From a virus, in the IMG/VR virus record IMGVR_UViG_3300045988_115635, positions 41,405 through 105,404 of that record: DNA of 64,000 nucleotides. One strand, 5' to 3'. The notes beneath the pieces were generated by a model. The model was not told the DNA's origin, made no database searches, and saw only the letters and a program-made list of their open reading frames with translations. Position 1 is the first letter of the stretch; each line of letters begins with the position of its first letter. This document shows positions 10,011 through 20,849 of the stretch, in pieces. The position numbers were made by a program, and so were the translations under genes.

Positions 10011-13000
10011 TTAGTAAGTGCCATTGTTATAAGTTCTAGTGTTGTAAATGTTGTCTATATTCTCGCACTCTGTACCGTCAATCCATACCTCCATGTTTCG
10101 ACCACGCTTATTTTCAGCGTCAATTTGCGTAGGAGTTTGATATATTGACCTTTCACCTTGTGCGCTCCACTGAATCAAAACAAAAGACTTTACACCTTCA
10201 TTAAAATCAGCGTGAGTGATAAATGAATTCAAAAAGCCGTCTGGTTCTTGAATCACTACATATAATTGCTGCTCGTAGGTGTAAACGCTCAAACGCCTTG
10301 TTTCATCTTGATAGTCAAGAATATAGCGTTCTGAAGCCGTACCACGCTGCCCCTCTGGTACTTTGTCTAAGTCAGTATCAGGCGTGTATTCAAATGTAAT
10401 AAAGCCTGCACCCGCATCAATTCTGAATGCTGTACTCATTTCTAACCATGCATCAGCATTAGCAATATGCGCACCCTTGCCCGTCTCATAAGTAATAGAG
10501 CCTGACGGGTCGTGTTCTGTCATTTCGTAACAAGGCAACTCTACAGGCTTAAATACAGCGTGATAATCTCTCATTGGCTCACGTGATTCATTTGCATAGC
10601 CAAAATAGAAGTAATAAGCACCAACAAAAGCATTGATGTCATAGTCATAATATCCATCAGCACTAGCACCTTCAGGAATATCATCTTGAATTCTGAACCA
10701 TACTTCCATATTGTCGGTAATGTCACAGTCAATTTCTTGACACTGTACGCCGTTGTAGTAAATACACCTAAAGTCTTTTAAGTCTTCACGAACCATTGGC
10801 GTTGATTGATTTCGTAAAGTGTCAAAATCAATGTTAGGGACAAACACCGTGGTACCAGCAGGGACAAAACCATCAATAGGAATTCTCACACGGTAGTCAT
10901 AAGCATTTGACCACCACATACCGCCTACTTGTGGTGTGAAGGTATTGCCGATTGTTACCCACTTGCCACCTTCAACTTCATATTTAGTATTAAATACTTC
11001 TTCTTCTGAAAGGTCCAAACATTGTAAATACCAAGTTCTAGGCTCAACGCTGAAAACATCAACCTGAATAGATGCAATAGATTGTGAGCGTACTAACTTG
11101 CTTTCAGATGATATGCCACTATCTCCACTAGAAAGATTTGCATGCAATACCGTACCAGAAACGCCAAATTCGGTAGATTCTACCTCCGAATTCATTGCGC
11201 CCCATTCCTGAATCATGTCTGACGGATAGTCAAACACTTCTCTAGGCTCGCGTTGATTTACAGCAAAGTCGAAAGTCTTAAAAGCAATAACACTATTGAG
11301 GTTAATGAACTCTAATGAGTTCATTAATTCCATAGTTGGGACCATGCGCTCGTCATTGGTAAGTTCGAAACCTGTATTTTTCTCTACTACAGATTCATCA
11401 GCCACAAATGCCACGAATTCGCTATCTGGTTCAATAATCGCACGAACACCTGAAATACCAAAAGAAATGTCTTTTATAGCTACAACATAGGCAAGATCAT
11501 TTGATCTCATATTTTGCTGTATCTTGTATTCGTGTTGACCCTCTTCGTAAAACCTCATATTTAACACTGTGCCACTTACTGGGGGTCTAGCACTAGAAGG
11601 TAACTGGTTTTCATAACGCATGCTATCGCCCAGAATAGAAGCAATAGCACCATTGTCAGTAAAACGCCAAGAATCAGGCGTTACCAAAATAGGCAAATAT
11701 AGCGGGTTATTTGTCTGTGAAATAGTATCAGCAATAGTTCTTTTTTGTTCTATTTGCTGATAGATATTAGAAGTGCCAATAGTGTCATATACGCCTAAAT
11801 TATTTTCATAAATAGGCGTATCTTGTGTAGACAATAACTGTCTGTACAATTCCATTGAATACGTGCTTGCAGGCTGATTATCAAAGTAGTGTTTAATTTC
11901 GTAAGGATAATCTCGCTCAAAAACACTAATATCATCGTCAATTACTGTATATGGAATTGAGCTTAATGTTGTGAATTCAAGTTTAATAAACTTTACCTTA
12001 CGCAAGGGCAAGGAATACTTAACACTTTGCAGCGTATAAACACTTGGATATGGTTTCCAACTTGCAGTTGCAGGGTCACTATCTTCAGTAGAATAAACAT
12101 TCATCTGACAGCCGCCCCATACAGCACTTATTGTCATATTGTTTACTCTTTGAGCGTTTCCGTCACCATCTCGCAAGTCAAAGATTAAGTATTCAACGGA
12201 TTCTTGAAGCGTGTTAGGCTGTGAACACCAAAAAGTAGAAGAATCTGCATCTAACAAGCATTCTTCATTACGCTCATAAAATTCAGTCTCTACTTTATTA
12301 CCGAACGGGTCCTCAAATGTTGCGTCTACATAATCCTCTTTTCTTTTGATGTCATAATGCAAAGCAAAATTGCTCATATCAATAGAATATGGAAAATCTT
12401 GCTCTTTTAATGCACCGTCTGACAGTGTTTTGTAGTAAGGAACGTCCAAGCGGTTAAAAACAAGTCTAAAGCCATATGCTTGCGCCAAATTAAATTTAAA
12501 AGAAACGCTAAACATGTCACCCGTAGTGCTTGCGCCGCTCCAGGTTCTGCAAGTATAAGAAAGCTGTGTGCCATATTCATTTGTGATTCTTTCCCAGGTT
12601 TCCTCTGTGTCAGACAAAAGAACGTAAGGAATAATCTCAACAGGCTTCTTAGAAATGTCGAAAGTAAGCTTGTTTACAGGAATACCCTTATCAAGCCTTA
12701 CTTCAAACCATTCTGTAGGCTTATCATCGGGGTATGCTTCATCGCTAGACCACATTCGCGAACTTCTAGCCTGCTCATTAAACTTTTCGTTTACTAGCGG
12801 GGTGTAGTCAATAGGATAGGACCAATCAGCCATACCGTCTGACCCAAAATAAGAAGCAGAATACAGTTTAGAAGAAACATCAGAAACAGCGTTTGCAGCC
12901 TTTTGTAAGTCGGTTCTATTATCCATGTCGAGATAATAGAAAGCACCTGAATGTCTTACGTCAAAATTTCCGATGTGTTCACTTGATGCCGAAACATCAT

Positions 13001-13883
13001 TAATCAAATACGTAAAGTCAAAAGCTTCTTCTTGATGATTTACCAAAGACTGCGTAGGTGCTTCACGTCTTTCATTTGGTGATACCCACAAATTAAGATC
13101 ATCGTCTACGTCATATTCCCAGTCTGGTCTACCAGTTACATAACGCTTTACCTGCCAAAGGTTAGAAGATGATTCTACCCCTCTCGGTTCTACCGTTACA
13201 TCTTCTTTGGTTTCAAGAATAAGCTTATCGAAAAATTCATCACGCTGTACGACAGTCATTATCGCGTCTTGCGGTCTGATATTTTTGGTTACTTTATTGA
13301 TGTTATAACGGTCTGCTTCAGTAACTTCAGCATCATCTACTACAACAATGTATTCGTTGTAATTTGCTTGTTCGTAGTAACCAGGCGTTAAAGCTGCCTG
13401 GTCCCCATCAGCCACATTTACGCCCTCGTAAAATTTCCAAGCTTCTAATACATTGCAAGGTTTAGCACACGCGCTTTCTGCTGCTAATTGGATACCGTAA
13501 GCGGTACCACCATACTGAAAAGCAAGCATGTATTTATAAATACGCGCCCTATACATTGAGTCTTTTGCTTCTACCTCATCCATCTGCTCACCCGTGAGCA
13601 AATTAGACTTAGGGTTATAAGAATAGCTTTCAGATTCTAAACGTCTAAAGCCAAAAGCGCGCCCGTATAATTCGTCTAAGTCCCCATAGTGAGTTTCTTC
13701 AAGGTTAGTTTGTAGACGTTTGAGCATGAGTTGGTTTCTAGCAGCACCAGCCCCAGCACCGCCACAGACAGCGTCCATGATTCTCACCATGTGACTTGAT
13801 CTGTCTTTACTATATATTTCTTCTGGTAAGCCTGATAAATAGACTTCCCTGTTAGTTGGTCTTAGCTTGTTTACGCTACCCAT
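10011..13883 (-). CDS. Large baseplate/tail structural protein (1290 aa)
   Basis: Uninterrupted 3.9 kb ORF directly downstream of the baseplate J-like gene. Aromatic/Asp-rich composition typical of fibre or baseplate-peripheral proteins. Confidence 0.45.
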   Translation of the reverse strand: MGSVNKLRPTNREVYLSGLPEEIYSKDRSSHMVRIMDAVCGGAGAGAARNQLMLKRLQTNLEETHYGDLDELYGRAFGFRRLESESYSYNPKSNLLTGEQMDEVEAKDSMYRARIYKYMLAFQYGGTAYGIQLAAESACAKPCNVLEAWKFYEGVNVADGDQAALTPGYYEQANYNEYIVVVDDAEVTEADRYNINKVTKNIRPQDAIMTVVQRDEFFDKLILETKEDVTVEPRGVESSSNLWQVKRYVTGRPDWEYDVDDDLNLWVSPNERREAPTQSLVNHQEEAFDFTYLINDVSASSEHIGNFDVRHSGAFYYLDMDNRTDLQKAANAVSDVSSKLYSASYFGSDGMADWSYPIDYTPLVNEKFNEQARSSRMWSSDEAYPDDKPTEWFEVRLDKGIPVNKLTFDISKKPVEIIPYVLLSDTEETWERITNEYGTQLSYTCRTWSGASTTGDMFSVSFKFNLAQAYGFRLVFNRLDVPYYKTLSDGALKEQDFPYSIDMSNFALHYDIKRKEDYVDATFEDPFGNKVETEFYERNEECLLDADSSTFWCSQPNTLQESVEYLIFDLRDGDGNAQRVNNMTISAVWGGCQMNVYSTEDSDPATASWKPYPSVYTLQSVKYSLPLRKVKFIKLEFTTLSSIPYTVIDDDISVFERDYPYEIKHYFDNQPASTYSMELYRQLLSTQDTPIYENNLGVYDTIGTSNIYQQIEQKRTIADTISQTNNPLYLPILVTPDSWRFTDNGAIASILGDSMRYENQLPSSARPPVSGTVLNMRFYEEGQHEYKIQQNMRSNDLAYVVAIKDISFGISGVRAIIEPDSEFVAFVADESVVEKNTGFELTNDERMVPTMELMNSLEFINLNSVIAFKTFDFAVNQREPREVFDYPSDMIQEWGAMNSEVESTEFGVSGTVLHANLSSGDSGISSESKLVRSQSIASIQVDVFSVEPRTWYLQCLDLSEEEVFNTKYEVEGGKWVTIGNTFTPQVGGMWWSNAYDYRVRIPIDGFVPAGTTVFVPNIDFDTLRNQSTPMVREDLKDFRCIYYNGVQCQEIDCDITDNMEVWFRIQDDIPEGASADGYYDYDINAFVGAYYFYFGYANESREPMRDYHAVFKPVELPCYEMTEHDPSGSITYETGKGAHIANADAWLEMSTAFRIDAGAGFITFEYTPDTDLDKVPEGQRGTASERYILDYQDETRRLSVYTYEQQLYVVIQEPDGFLNSFITHADFNEGVKSFVLIQWSAQGERSIYQTPTQIDAENKRGRNMEVWIDGTECENIDNIYNTRTYNNGTY

Positions 13884-13886
13884 CTA

Positions 13887-15878
13887 CTACCACCCTTGCT
13901 GTGTACGTCCGTAGAATTGTACGTATTGAACGTCAAAGCACTCATCGCTTCTTAATTTAAAGTCATTAGTAAATTGAGCCGTTTGAGTTTCACCATCTCG
14001 TGCATACTCAACAATACCGAAAGCACCGAAAGAACCTGCTCCTTGTGCAATGCTACCAGCAGCATCAGATTCTTTAGATACTCTTACGTTATCAACACCT
14101 GCAACGTTAGCCGCTACAGTCTCAATGTCTGAAAATTGGATTGTATAGCCAAAAGGTAAGGCGTTCGCCCAAGTAATAATAGCTTCTTCTACTGCTTGCA
14201 TAATAGAATCGCGTGTATAGACGCTAAACATTAAAGTAAGGTAAATGCCAAACCTTCTACGCTTTACCTCGTGTACCAATGTATTAGCGGTAACAACAGA
14301 TTGTTTGTCTACGAGTTCCTGAACTTCTTCTGGTACTGTGTTATAAACGAACGGGATATTCAAAGGCGTTTCGTTAGTCAAACTGATATTAGTACCATCA
14401 GGCGTGAAGGTATTCTTTTCACCTGAATAGCTACCGATAAGTTCTACAGCGTCCATCGCTCGTGAACTTCCGTCTCGCTTTTCGTAGCCAGAATCATAAA
14501 GCATCTTAAAATGTTTACCTTCTTGCAAAATAATATCAGCACCAACATTTATCATGCCGTTATAGCTTTCTAGTACGGGCTGATAAGAAAGCGGGATATA
14601 TAAGTTATTTTCAGTTGGCAAACTTCCATCATCATGCGTCCAATTGCTTTTGTTTGCAGCAGTAATACGCTTGTTAAAGTCAATAAACTGTAAGTCAGAT
14701 ACTGTCTGCCCTGATTGACCATCGACAAATACCTCTACGGTCTTAATACCTCCACGATTGATATTTGATAAATAGTCATATTCGATTGTAATAAAATCAC
14801 CGATGTTCGCTGCTTTATAGGTGTAAGTAACTAATACGGTTTGACCTACATAGTCAGTAGGAAAATCAGAATCAACGGATATTTTATTTCCTGATACTGT
14901 GTAGCCATCGGTAATAGGAACAACGCCGTCATTAGAAGTAATGCTAGAAACGCTTAAAACGTTATTTTTAGACAATTCATAAGAATTACCTCTAGCAATA
15001 GGTCCGATTAATTCTGTCGTTGATACGTCATGAAAACTAATTGATGCGTTATCAGCATCAACGTTATATTCACCTCTCGTAAAGAGTTCGTCAGTATCAG
15101 CGTTTCGAACCCAAAAGCGGTTTGTCGTGTCTAGCATTTCAGCAACTTCATCGGTGCTAAATGTAGCCGTGTAGTTAGATTGTACGTTTACAGTTTCAGA
15201 CCAGGTGCTTTCTTGCCCTACTACTGACGCTCTACTATTTGCAGTGTGAGCCAAAGCCAAACCTAAATACTGGTCCTCTGTACCAAACTCACCTCTAAAG
15301 ACCGTATTTACAAATCTTTGTCTTAGTTCTTCATCGGTTTCAACGTCTCTGCCGCCTGTCATTGGTAGAGAGTTAGTAACGGAAAAATAACCTTGATAAG
15401 AAACGGTATAAGTGACAGTATTAGCCGCTACATTTGCAGCACTACCCGCCAAAGTTGCCACTACTGGTATTTCCACCTTAGTAACACCTTTAGCCATTTC
15501 CTGATATGAGGTAGTTTGAAAATATACTGCGTCTTGTGTAGAAGTAGCAGGCTTATAAAATTGGCTGCCATATGCGATTGTCTGAATACTATCAGCGTTA
15601 TCTCTCGTAATAGTGATAGTACCTGACGCGCTTTGTGCCTGCTGCCTTGCAAAACCAAACATGCCCACAAAAGAATCTAATTCTTCACCTGAATATGCGT
15701 CAATCGAATACAAGGTATCAGTTGTGTTTTGGTCTGCTACAAGCGTTGCTAATTCTGACGCAAAAGCAGTAATCATTTTGCGAATAGGAGTACCAAGTTG
15801 CGTAGATAACTGCGGGTCTGTAATTGCAAGCTGATTTATGATTGATTGCTCAAATTGTGCCTGTGTCGTACTAGCCAT
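13887..15878 (-). CDS. Baseplate wedge protein (J/gp6-like by position)
   Basis: 663-aa ORF immediately following the gp25-like gene, the conserved gp25 then J order of contractile-tail phages. No motif verified. Confidence 0.4.
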   Translation of the reverse strand: MASTTQAQFEQSIINQLAITDPQLSTQLGTPIRKMITAFASELATLVADQNTTDTLYSIDAYSGEELDSFVGMFGFARQQAQSASGTITITRDNADSIQTIAYGSQFYKPATSTQDAVYFQTTSYQEMAKGVTKVEIPVVATLAGSAANVAANTVTYTVSYQGYFSVTNSLPMTGGRDVETDEELRQRFVNTVFRGEFGTEDQYLGLALAHTANSRASVVGQESTWSETVNVQSNYTATFSTDEVAEMLDTTNRFWVRNADTDELFTRGEYNVDADNASISFHDVSTTELIGPIARGNSYELSKNNVLSVSSITSNDGVVPITDGYTVSGNKISVDSDFPTDYVGQTVLVTYTYKAANIGDFITIEYDYLSNINRGGIKTVEVFVDGQSGQTVSDLQFIDFNKRITAANKSNWTHDDGSLPTENNLYIPLSYQPVLESYNGMINVGADIILQEGKHFKMLYDSGYEKRDGSSRAMDAVELIGSYSGEKNTFTPDGTNISLTNETPLNIPFVYNTVPEEVQELVDKQSVVTANTLVHEVKRRRFGIYLTLMFSVYTRDSIMQAVEEAIITWANALPFGYTIQFSDIETVAANVAGVDNVRVSKESDAAGSIAQGAGSFGAFGIVEYARDGETQTAQFTNDFKLRSDECFDVQYVQFYGRTQQGW

Positions 15879-15892
15879 GTATGATCTCCTAC

Positions 15893-16330
15893 TTAAATAG
15901 TCTGTTCTACGGTTACTTCTGTATCAGCAGCCGTACTTAGACTAACAATAACTCTAACGTCTGTTTCGGTTTGACTTACGTTTATGCTTGAAATAGAAGT
16001 TACAATGTCGTAATCGGTCCAACATTGCAAAAATTCCTCATTGCTCATTGATTGCTTATCTTGTGCAATTCTTTCGTTTTGAGCAGCAATGTAGTTATTT
16101 ACAACTCGCGTAACTTCAGTACGTATAGCCATTAAGTTATCTTCAAAAGCAGGTGCGCCAATATAAGTCCAAAGATCAGCACCGAATTTAGGATATACGG
16201 GGTCGGTTCCTAATGGTTCTAATAGCCACAAAGCTAATTCTTGCTTTATTCGCTCTGTGCCTTCCACCATAACGATTTTCCCGTCTCCACCCACGGAAAT
16301 ATCACCATCTATAACACGCATGCATTTCAT
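15893..16330 (-). CDS. Baseplate wedge protein, gp25/GpW family
   Basis: IKQELALWLLEPLGTDPVYPKFGADLWTYIG matches the GPW_gp25 signature (…P.FG..l…l). 145 aa. Confidence 0.6.
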   Translation of the reverse strand: MKCMRVIDGDISVGGDGKIVMVEGTERIKQELALWLLEPLGTDPVYPKFGADLWTYIGAPAFEDNLMAIRTEVTRVVNNYIAAQNERIAQDKQSMSNEEFLQCWTDYDIVTSISSINVSQTETDVRVIVSLSTAADTEVTVEQTI

Positions 16331-16333
16331 GTA

Positions 16334-16378
16334 TTGCCCTGCTTTCTTTCGTCTGGTTTTATTTTAGCAGCAGGGCAA
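16334..16378 (-). other. 10-bp-stem hairpin that abuts the gp25-like start codon and would sequester its ribosome-binding region
   Basis: TTGCCCTGCT (16334-16343) pairs with AGCAGGGCAA (16369-16378), with a 25-nt loop. No U-run, so it is not a canonical terminator. Confidence 0.3.
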
Positions 16379-16401
16379 ATATAAAGACACTTAGAACAAG
16401 G

Positions 16402-18300
16402 CTATGATTCTCTTGATATTGAGTATAGAAATAGTTCGCTTGCTAACTCTCCAAACATACTTTCTTTTTCAATATCCATAGCCATATAAACATGTCTGTC
16501 TTTAATCATAATAGGTGCTTGTACTTCGATATTAATAGCACCGTCACTGCTCTGTGTTTGATCATAACCTGTAGCTATCGTATTGTTTAATGCTGTAGCG
16601 TACCCTGTAACACCAAGGTCAATATAAAAGGACCTATCATGATCTTCAATATAGCCTGCTTTTACCGTGAGAGAGTAAATATACTCTCGTGTCTCTGTAG
16701 CGCTTTCTCCAAATAAATCTAAAAATGGATATGTTCTAGTGCTAGTAGTATCATCGACTAAATAGCCACATCGACCAATTAAGCAAAGATAACGCCCACC
16801 ATCATTTACTATATTTGTAACTGCGTTTATAGTATCGTCTGTCATATTAGACACCATAAACAAGCAAGTAGCAGCGTTACGATTATATTTTTCTTCTAGG
16901 CTCAAATCATCATCAAATAAGATGCGTAGCCTATGGCTAGTTTTATCAACAATTAGTGATGCCATTGAGTACCATGATTCCATATAGTCAATGTTTGCTT
17001 CGCTTTGCCAGTGACTAGCGTTTAATGATTGCATGGACAAAACTAAGCCATCATAGTCGCTGTTATTTACATTAGTAATTCTATATTTATCCATTGCGCG
17101 CCAAAGTTCTTCTGTAACTTCATCAGATAAAACTTTGTAATCATCATAATCACCAACAATAACTTGATTTGCTCCATATTTAGCAAGGATAGAAAACATG
17201 CCATAAGGCTGTGTAATATCTGGTACAGATAAATCAAAAATAGGCTTACATTGCTCACCTAAGCGGCAACAGATAGCTACGCATGCTTCAAAACTTCTTA
17301 ATTCACTTTGGGGGTCTGCACTGTGTTGATAAGCAATAGGCATACCAGCATAAGACCAGCCATAGCCGCCGAAACTAGAATCAATACCACTTCTTGCATA
17401 CCCTAAGCCGTCAGAATCTACTAGACAATATGCATAATCAGGAACGATAGCTATTAAGCCTGTAATGCCTATCTTATCCTTGATAGCTTGACACAATAAA
17501 CGTTGTTCTTGTGATAAAAATTCACGCCATAATAAATAATTATCATCAATGCCGTTTACTATATAATTATCGCTAGGCATGATTCTATTTTGAGAATAAA
17601 AGTTTTTATCAGCTATAGGATTTCTGTCATATGCAAGACCAGCTAGACCGATACCATCTAAGCAATAGCTTGTGATGTCGCTACCATACTTCAATCTAAG
17701 TTCATCTATTAAAGCTACGATAGCGTCTTTTGCTCCACTTGCAGACCACTTACGCGAACGTACACCTGTGTTGGTCTGTTGCTGGTAGGTAGCAAAATCA
17801 TCATTGGTTGTGTCGCTCCAAATTTCAGATGATAAAGCTACGGTAACAGCAACATTGTTGTTTCTAAATCTGTCTAATAGCTGCTTTAAAATTGGTTGAC
17901 TTTTAAGACCGTAATTTTCACAAATATCACTGTCCCAGTAAACAAAACCATTATCAGCTACTGTTAATAAGACCTCATCAAAACCAGCAGATACAATATC
18001 ATCTACTACTGCTCGCTCTTTGCCTATACAACGCGATGCGTTAAGCCTGATAACGTAACGCATTACATTGATATTTCCATTTGTGACTTTATTCCATAAA
18101 CGCCACTTGTTAGAAGCTACCTTAGAGATAAGCCAAACTTCATTTACCTTTGGAGGGGTTTCCGTATTGGATAAGTCAAAATTTATAGTAAGCGTACCTG
18201 CTTGTGTTTTGCAGGTGATGCCGTTTGAACCTACATTTACGATTTGTACGACCTGCATTTGGTCGCCGCTAAGACCTCTATCCATTGTTATTTCTCCCAA
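16402..18300 (-). CDS. Baseplate-associated protein (632 aa)
   Basis: ORF between the tail-lysin block and the gp25-like gene. Confidence 0.4.
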   Translation of the reverse strand: MGEITMDRGLSGDQMQVVQIVNVGSNGITCKTQAGTLTINFDLSNTETPPKVNEVWLISKVASNKWRLWNKVTNGNINVMRYVIRLNASRCIGKERAVVDDIVSAGFDEVLLTVADNGFVYWDSDICENYGLKSQPILKQLLDRFRNNNVAVTVALSSEIWSDTTNDDFATYQQQTNTGVRSRKWSASGAKDAIVALIDELRLKYGSDITSYCLDGIGLAGLAYDRNPIADKNFYSQNRIMPSDNYIVNGIDDNYLLWREFLSQEQRLLCQAIKDKIGITGLIAIVPDYAYCLVDSDGLGYARSGIDSSFGGYGWSYAGMPIAYQHSADPQSELRSFEACVAICCRLGEQCKPIFDLSVPDITQPYGMFSILAKYGANQVIVGDYDDYKVLSDEVTEELWRAMDKYRITNVNNSDYDGLVLSMQSLNASHWQSEANIDYMESWYSMASLIVDKTSHRLRILFDDDLSLEEKYNRNAATCLFMVSNMTDDTINAVTNIVNDGGRYLCLIGRCGYLVDDTTSTRTYPFLDLFGESATETREYIYSLTVKAGYIEDHDRSFYIDLGVTGYATALNNTIATGYDQTQSSDGAINIEVQAPIMIKDRHVYMAMDIEKESMFGELASELFLYSISRES

Positions 18301-19703
18301 GAAACCATACCAGGAAAACGTGTATCCCCTGCTTTACATTGAGGGCATAAAAGGCTTACAGACGTTGAATAGCCACCTGCACCTGGTCCGCCGCTATGTT
18401 GAACACCTGTTACATAACCAGACAAACCTAAACTTTTGACCTTAATTCTCATGCCGGGCCATATATTAGGCATCCATGTTATCTGAATTGTCATTTTGTA
18501 CTGATTTGCCCAGTTTGTCATAAATTCATACAAGGCATAAAGAAACGGCAAAATATATTGAGGATTGCTCTCTGAACCACCTGCGTTTTCTCCACCTGCT
18601 GCTGTGTCTCCACTTGGTGATTCAATTACGTGTTGTAATTGCTTCTTAGCAGGTCTAGCACCATAGCGTCTATATAGCTCTCTAGGAGTAAATCTCCACT
18701 CTTCACCCTCGGGAATGTTAATAAGTTTCTTTAATAAAGCACTAGGTTCATCAGAAATGCTATCTTCACCAATTTCAGATAAAGCAGACGAAGCAGAAGC
18801 AGCTAGGTTACTTTCAATAGATACAACGCCTTGTGTCAACGCCCATTGCATATCTGATGTTTGCCCACTACTGCCTAAATACTGTCCGCCTACGTTTACA
18901 CCTGCGCAAAATTGATGTGAAACGAATGTATCTTCTGATTGAGTAATCTTTAAGTCTATAAGTTCAATATCATCTAATAGCAAACAAGGAGTATTACCAG
19001 ATACGCCCCAGTAATCAGGATACCAAGCCATAAAGCTACCATCTGGACCAGCCATAACGGTACGCATAGAAGAATTAAAAATATCTTTGATTGTATTCCA
19101 CACGGGTTCATCGTTTGCTAAAGCGCGTTCACCTACTAAAACCTGTGAAGCCGCACTATTCATCACATTACCGAAAGAAGATGCAAAGAACCAAGCCGTA
19201 GAAGCTAGTGAGCCTGAACTTGATGATGTATCAGTACCGCCTTGTGCTTGTGCTTCTTCTACACTTGTAGCATCACCGCCGTACTGAATATCAGTAATGC
19301 CATCTTTCGACTGAACAAATCTAGGGGTTATAAACATAAAACTGTCATTGTCAGTAGTGTTTACTGATAGACAATTTTCATTAGCTAAGTCTTTTAAGTC
19401 TCCTAGTTTGCCACTGTCTGATAGGGTAAATTCCCAAGCAATACCCCAGCCAAAATAATGGATATATTTCAAAAATTTATCATTGCCGTTGTTTGCCCAA
19501 TTTTGAGCAGTCTCTTTCTTAACACGACCAGAATAGCCAAGGTTTACGGTAATACCATTATCTTTTTCGACCTTGCCAACAAACTCACGTACAGCGTTTT
19601 TAAAAGCACCCTGTAAGCCGTCTTGCCCCTCGCCTGTAGTCGTGCTTGTGTCTACGCCAGCATATTTATCATCGTCTGTAGGAACAAAGTATTTTCCTAA
19701 CAT
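18288..19703 (-). CDS. Baseplate/tail protein (471 aa)
   Basis: ORF overlap-coupled to the upstream tail-lysin paralog. Confidence 0.4.
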   Translation of the reverse strand: MLGKYFVPTDDDKYAGVDTSTTTGEGQDGLQGAFKNAVREFVGKVEKDNGITVNLGYSGRVKKETAQNWANNGNDKFLKYIHYFGWGIAWEFTLSDSGKLGDLKDLANENCLSVNTTDNDSFMFITPRFVQSKDGITDIQYGGDATSVEEAQAQGGTDTSSSSGSLASTAWFFASSFGNVMNSAASQVLVGERALANDEPVWNTIKDIFNSSMRTVMAGPDGSFMAWYPDYWGVSGNTPCLLLDDIELIDLKITQSEDTFVSHQFCAGVNVGGQYLGSSGQTSDMQWALTQGVVSIESNLAASASSALSEIGEDSISDEPSALLKKLINIPEGEEWRFTPRELYRRYGARPAKKQLQHVIESPSGDTAAGGENAGGSESNPQYILPFLYALYEFMTNWANQYKMTIQITWMPNIWPGMRIKVKSLGLSGYVTGVQHSGGPGAGGYSTSVSLLCPQCKAGDTRFPGMVSWEK

Positions 19704-20836
19704 TAAGAACCTCCAAATTGTGAGAATGCCGCCTGTGCATAAGCAACACGCTGTTCCATTCTTGGAATAGAAGCGCGTGTATATACTCGTTCAAAGGCTT
19801 CTGTTGCCCAAGGAATATCGGTTAATGCTTTGAATTGGTCAAAGGTCATTTTTTCAGCAATCCACGCTTGCGCGCCACTAGGATAGGTATATACGCCGTG
19901 TCCTGTATAAGCATCAAATTGGCTAGGTGCTTCTTGTACAAAGTATAGTAGCTGTGATTGAATATCTGTCCAATCTGCACCTCTTTGTGATGCGAACTGA
20001 CAAAGCGAATTGAAACGGTCTGAACCAACTTCCCATTGAAGTAAGCCACGACCAGGACCGCCGCCGCTCTGACACTTTGCAGGGTCAACACCTGATTCTT
20101 GTTGCATATTGCCAATAACGCCAGCAGCAGCTTGTTTTGTAAAACCTTGCGACAAACAAAAATTCCAAACGATTTCTGCGTTGGTATTTCCTGAAAAATC
20201 AGCAGCACCCGCAACACCTGAAGCAGCAGTACCGATTTTCGGTCCTGATGTTTGAAGCATTTCGTAAATATTGTTAACAAGGTCTGCACCCTGTGTATCT
20301 TCAAGCCTTACTTGGTACATATCAGTTGCCCACTGAATAACTTCATCGGGTATTTGACCAATAGATATTTTATTTGCGGGCCAATTAGCTACTGCCTGTA
20401 AAAGTCTTACGCCTTTTTTCCAATAGCCACCATCTTGGCTTGTATTATCTTGCTGCGAGAATACTAACCAATAAGAATCTTCTAGGTTGGGGTCCCAGTA
20501 CAGCCTTTGAAGCCTAAATAGAACATCTCTGCCTGTGATAGTAACCTCGCCTGCATTCAAATTAAAGTAAGGTACTGTTTGAATATATCCTGCCAACACT
20601 TGATATTTTTCGCTTTTTGTCAACCAAATAGCTATTTTATCCATAGGCGAGAATACACCCATGTACTTGTTCTTTTCATTTTTCAAAGTAATAGAAAAGT
20701 CTGAACTATCATCTGTTTTAAGGTTAATTGAAAAACGAACAATATCATCTGATACGTCATAGGCTTTAGTAGAACCATTGCTAACTGTGCCTATTTGAGC
20801 GTGAATCATTGGCGTATATGTAAGTATCTTAGTCAT
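19703..20836 (-). CDS. Tail-associated lysin, paralog 1: conserved ~205-aa N-terminal domain plus a C-terminal lysozyme-like (phage-tail-lysozyme/muramidase-type) domain
   Basis: N-terminus MTKILTYTPM… is shared with two other genes. The C-terminus carries AAAGVIGNMQQESG…GRGLLQWE, the signature of phage tail lysozyme-like domains. Confidence 0.55.
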   Translation of the reverse strand: MTKILTYTPMIHAQIGTVSNGSTKAYDVSDDIVRFSINLKTDDSSDFSITLKNEKNKYMGVFSPMDKIAIWLTKSEKYQVLAGYIQTVPYFNLNAGEVTITGRDVLFRLQRLYWDPNLEDSYWLVFSQQDNTSQDGGYWKKGVRLLQAVANWPANKISIGQIPDEVIQWATDMYQVRLEDTQGADLVNNIYEMLQTSGPKIGTAASGVAGAADFSGNTNAEIVWNFCLSQGFTKQAAAGVIGNMQQESGVDPAKCQSGGGPGRGLLQWEVGSDRFNSLCQFASQRGADWTDIQSQLLYFVQEAPSQFDAYTGHGVYTYPSGAQAWIAEKMTFDQFKALTDIPWATEAFERVYTRASIPRMEQRVAYAQAAFSQFGGS

Positions 20837-20849
20837 GCTTATATTTTAG

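Noticed and set aside
19846-20304. 152-aa minus-strand ORF inside lysin paralog 1 (alternative frame)
   Set aside because: It is nested in the lysozyme-like domain coding region, and its Leu/Lys-rich composition is typical of an off-frame translation.
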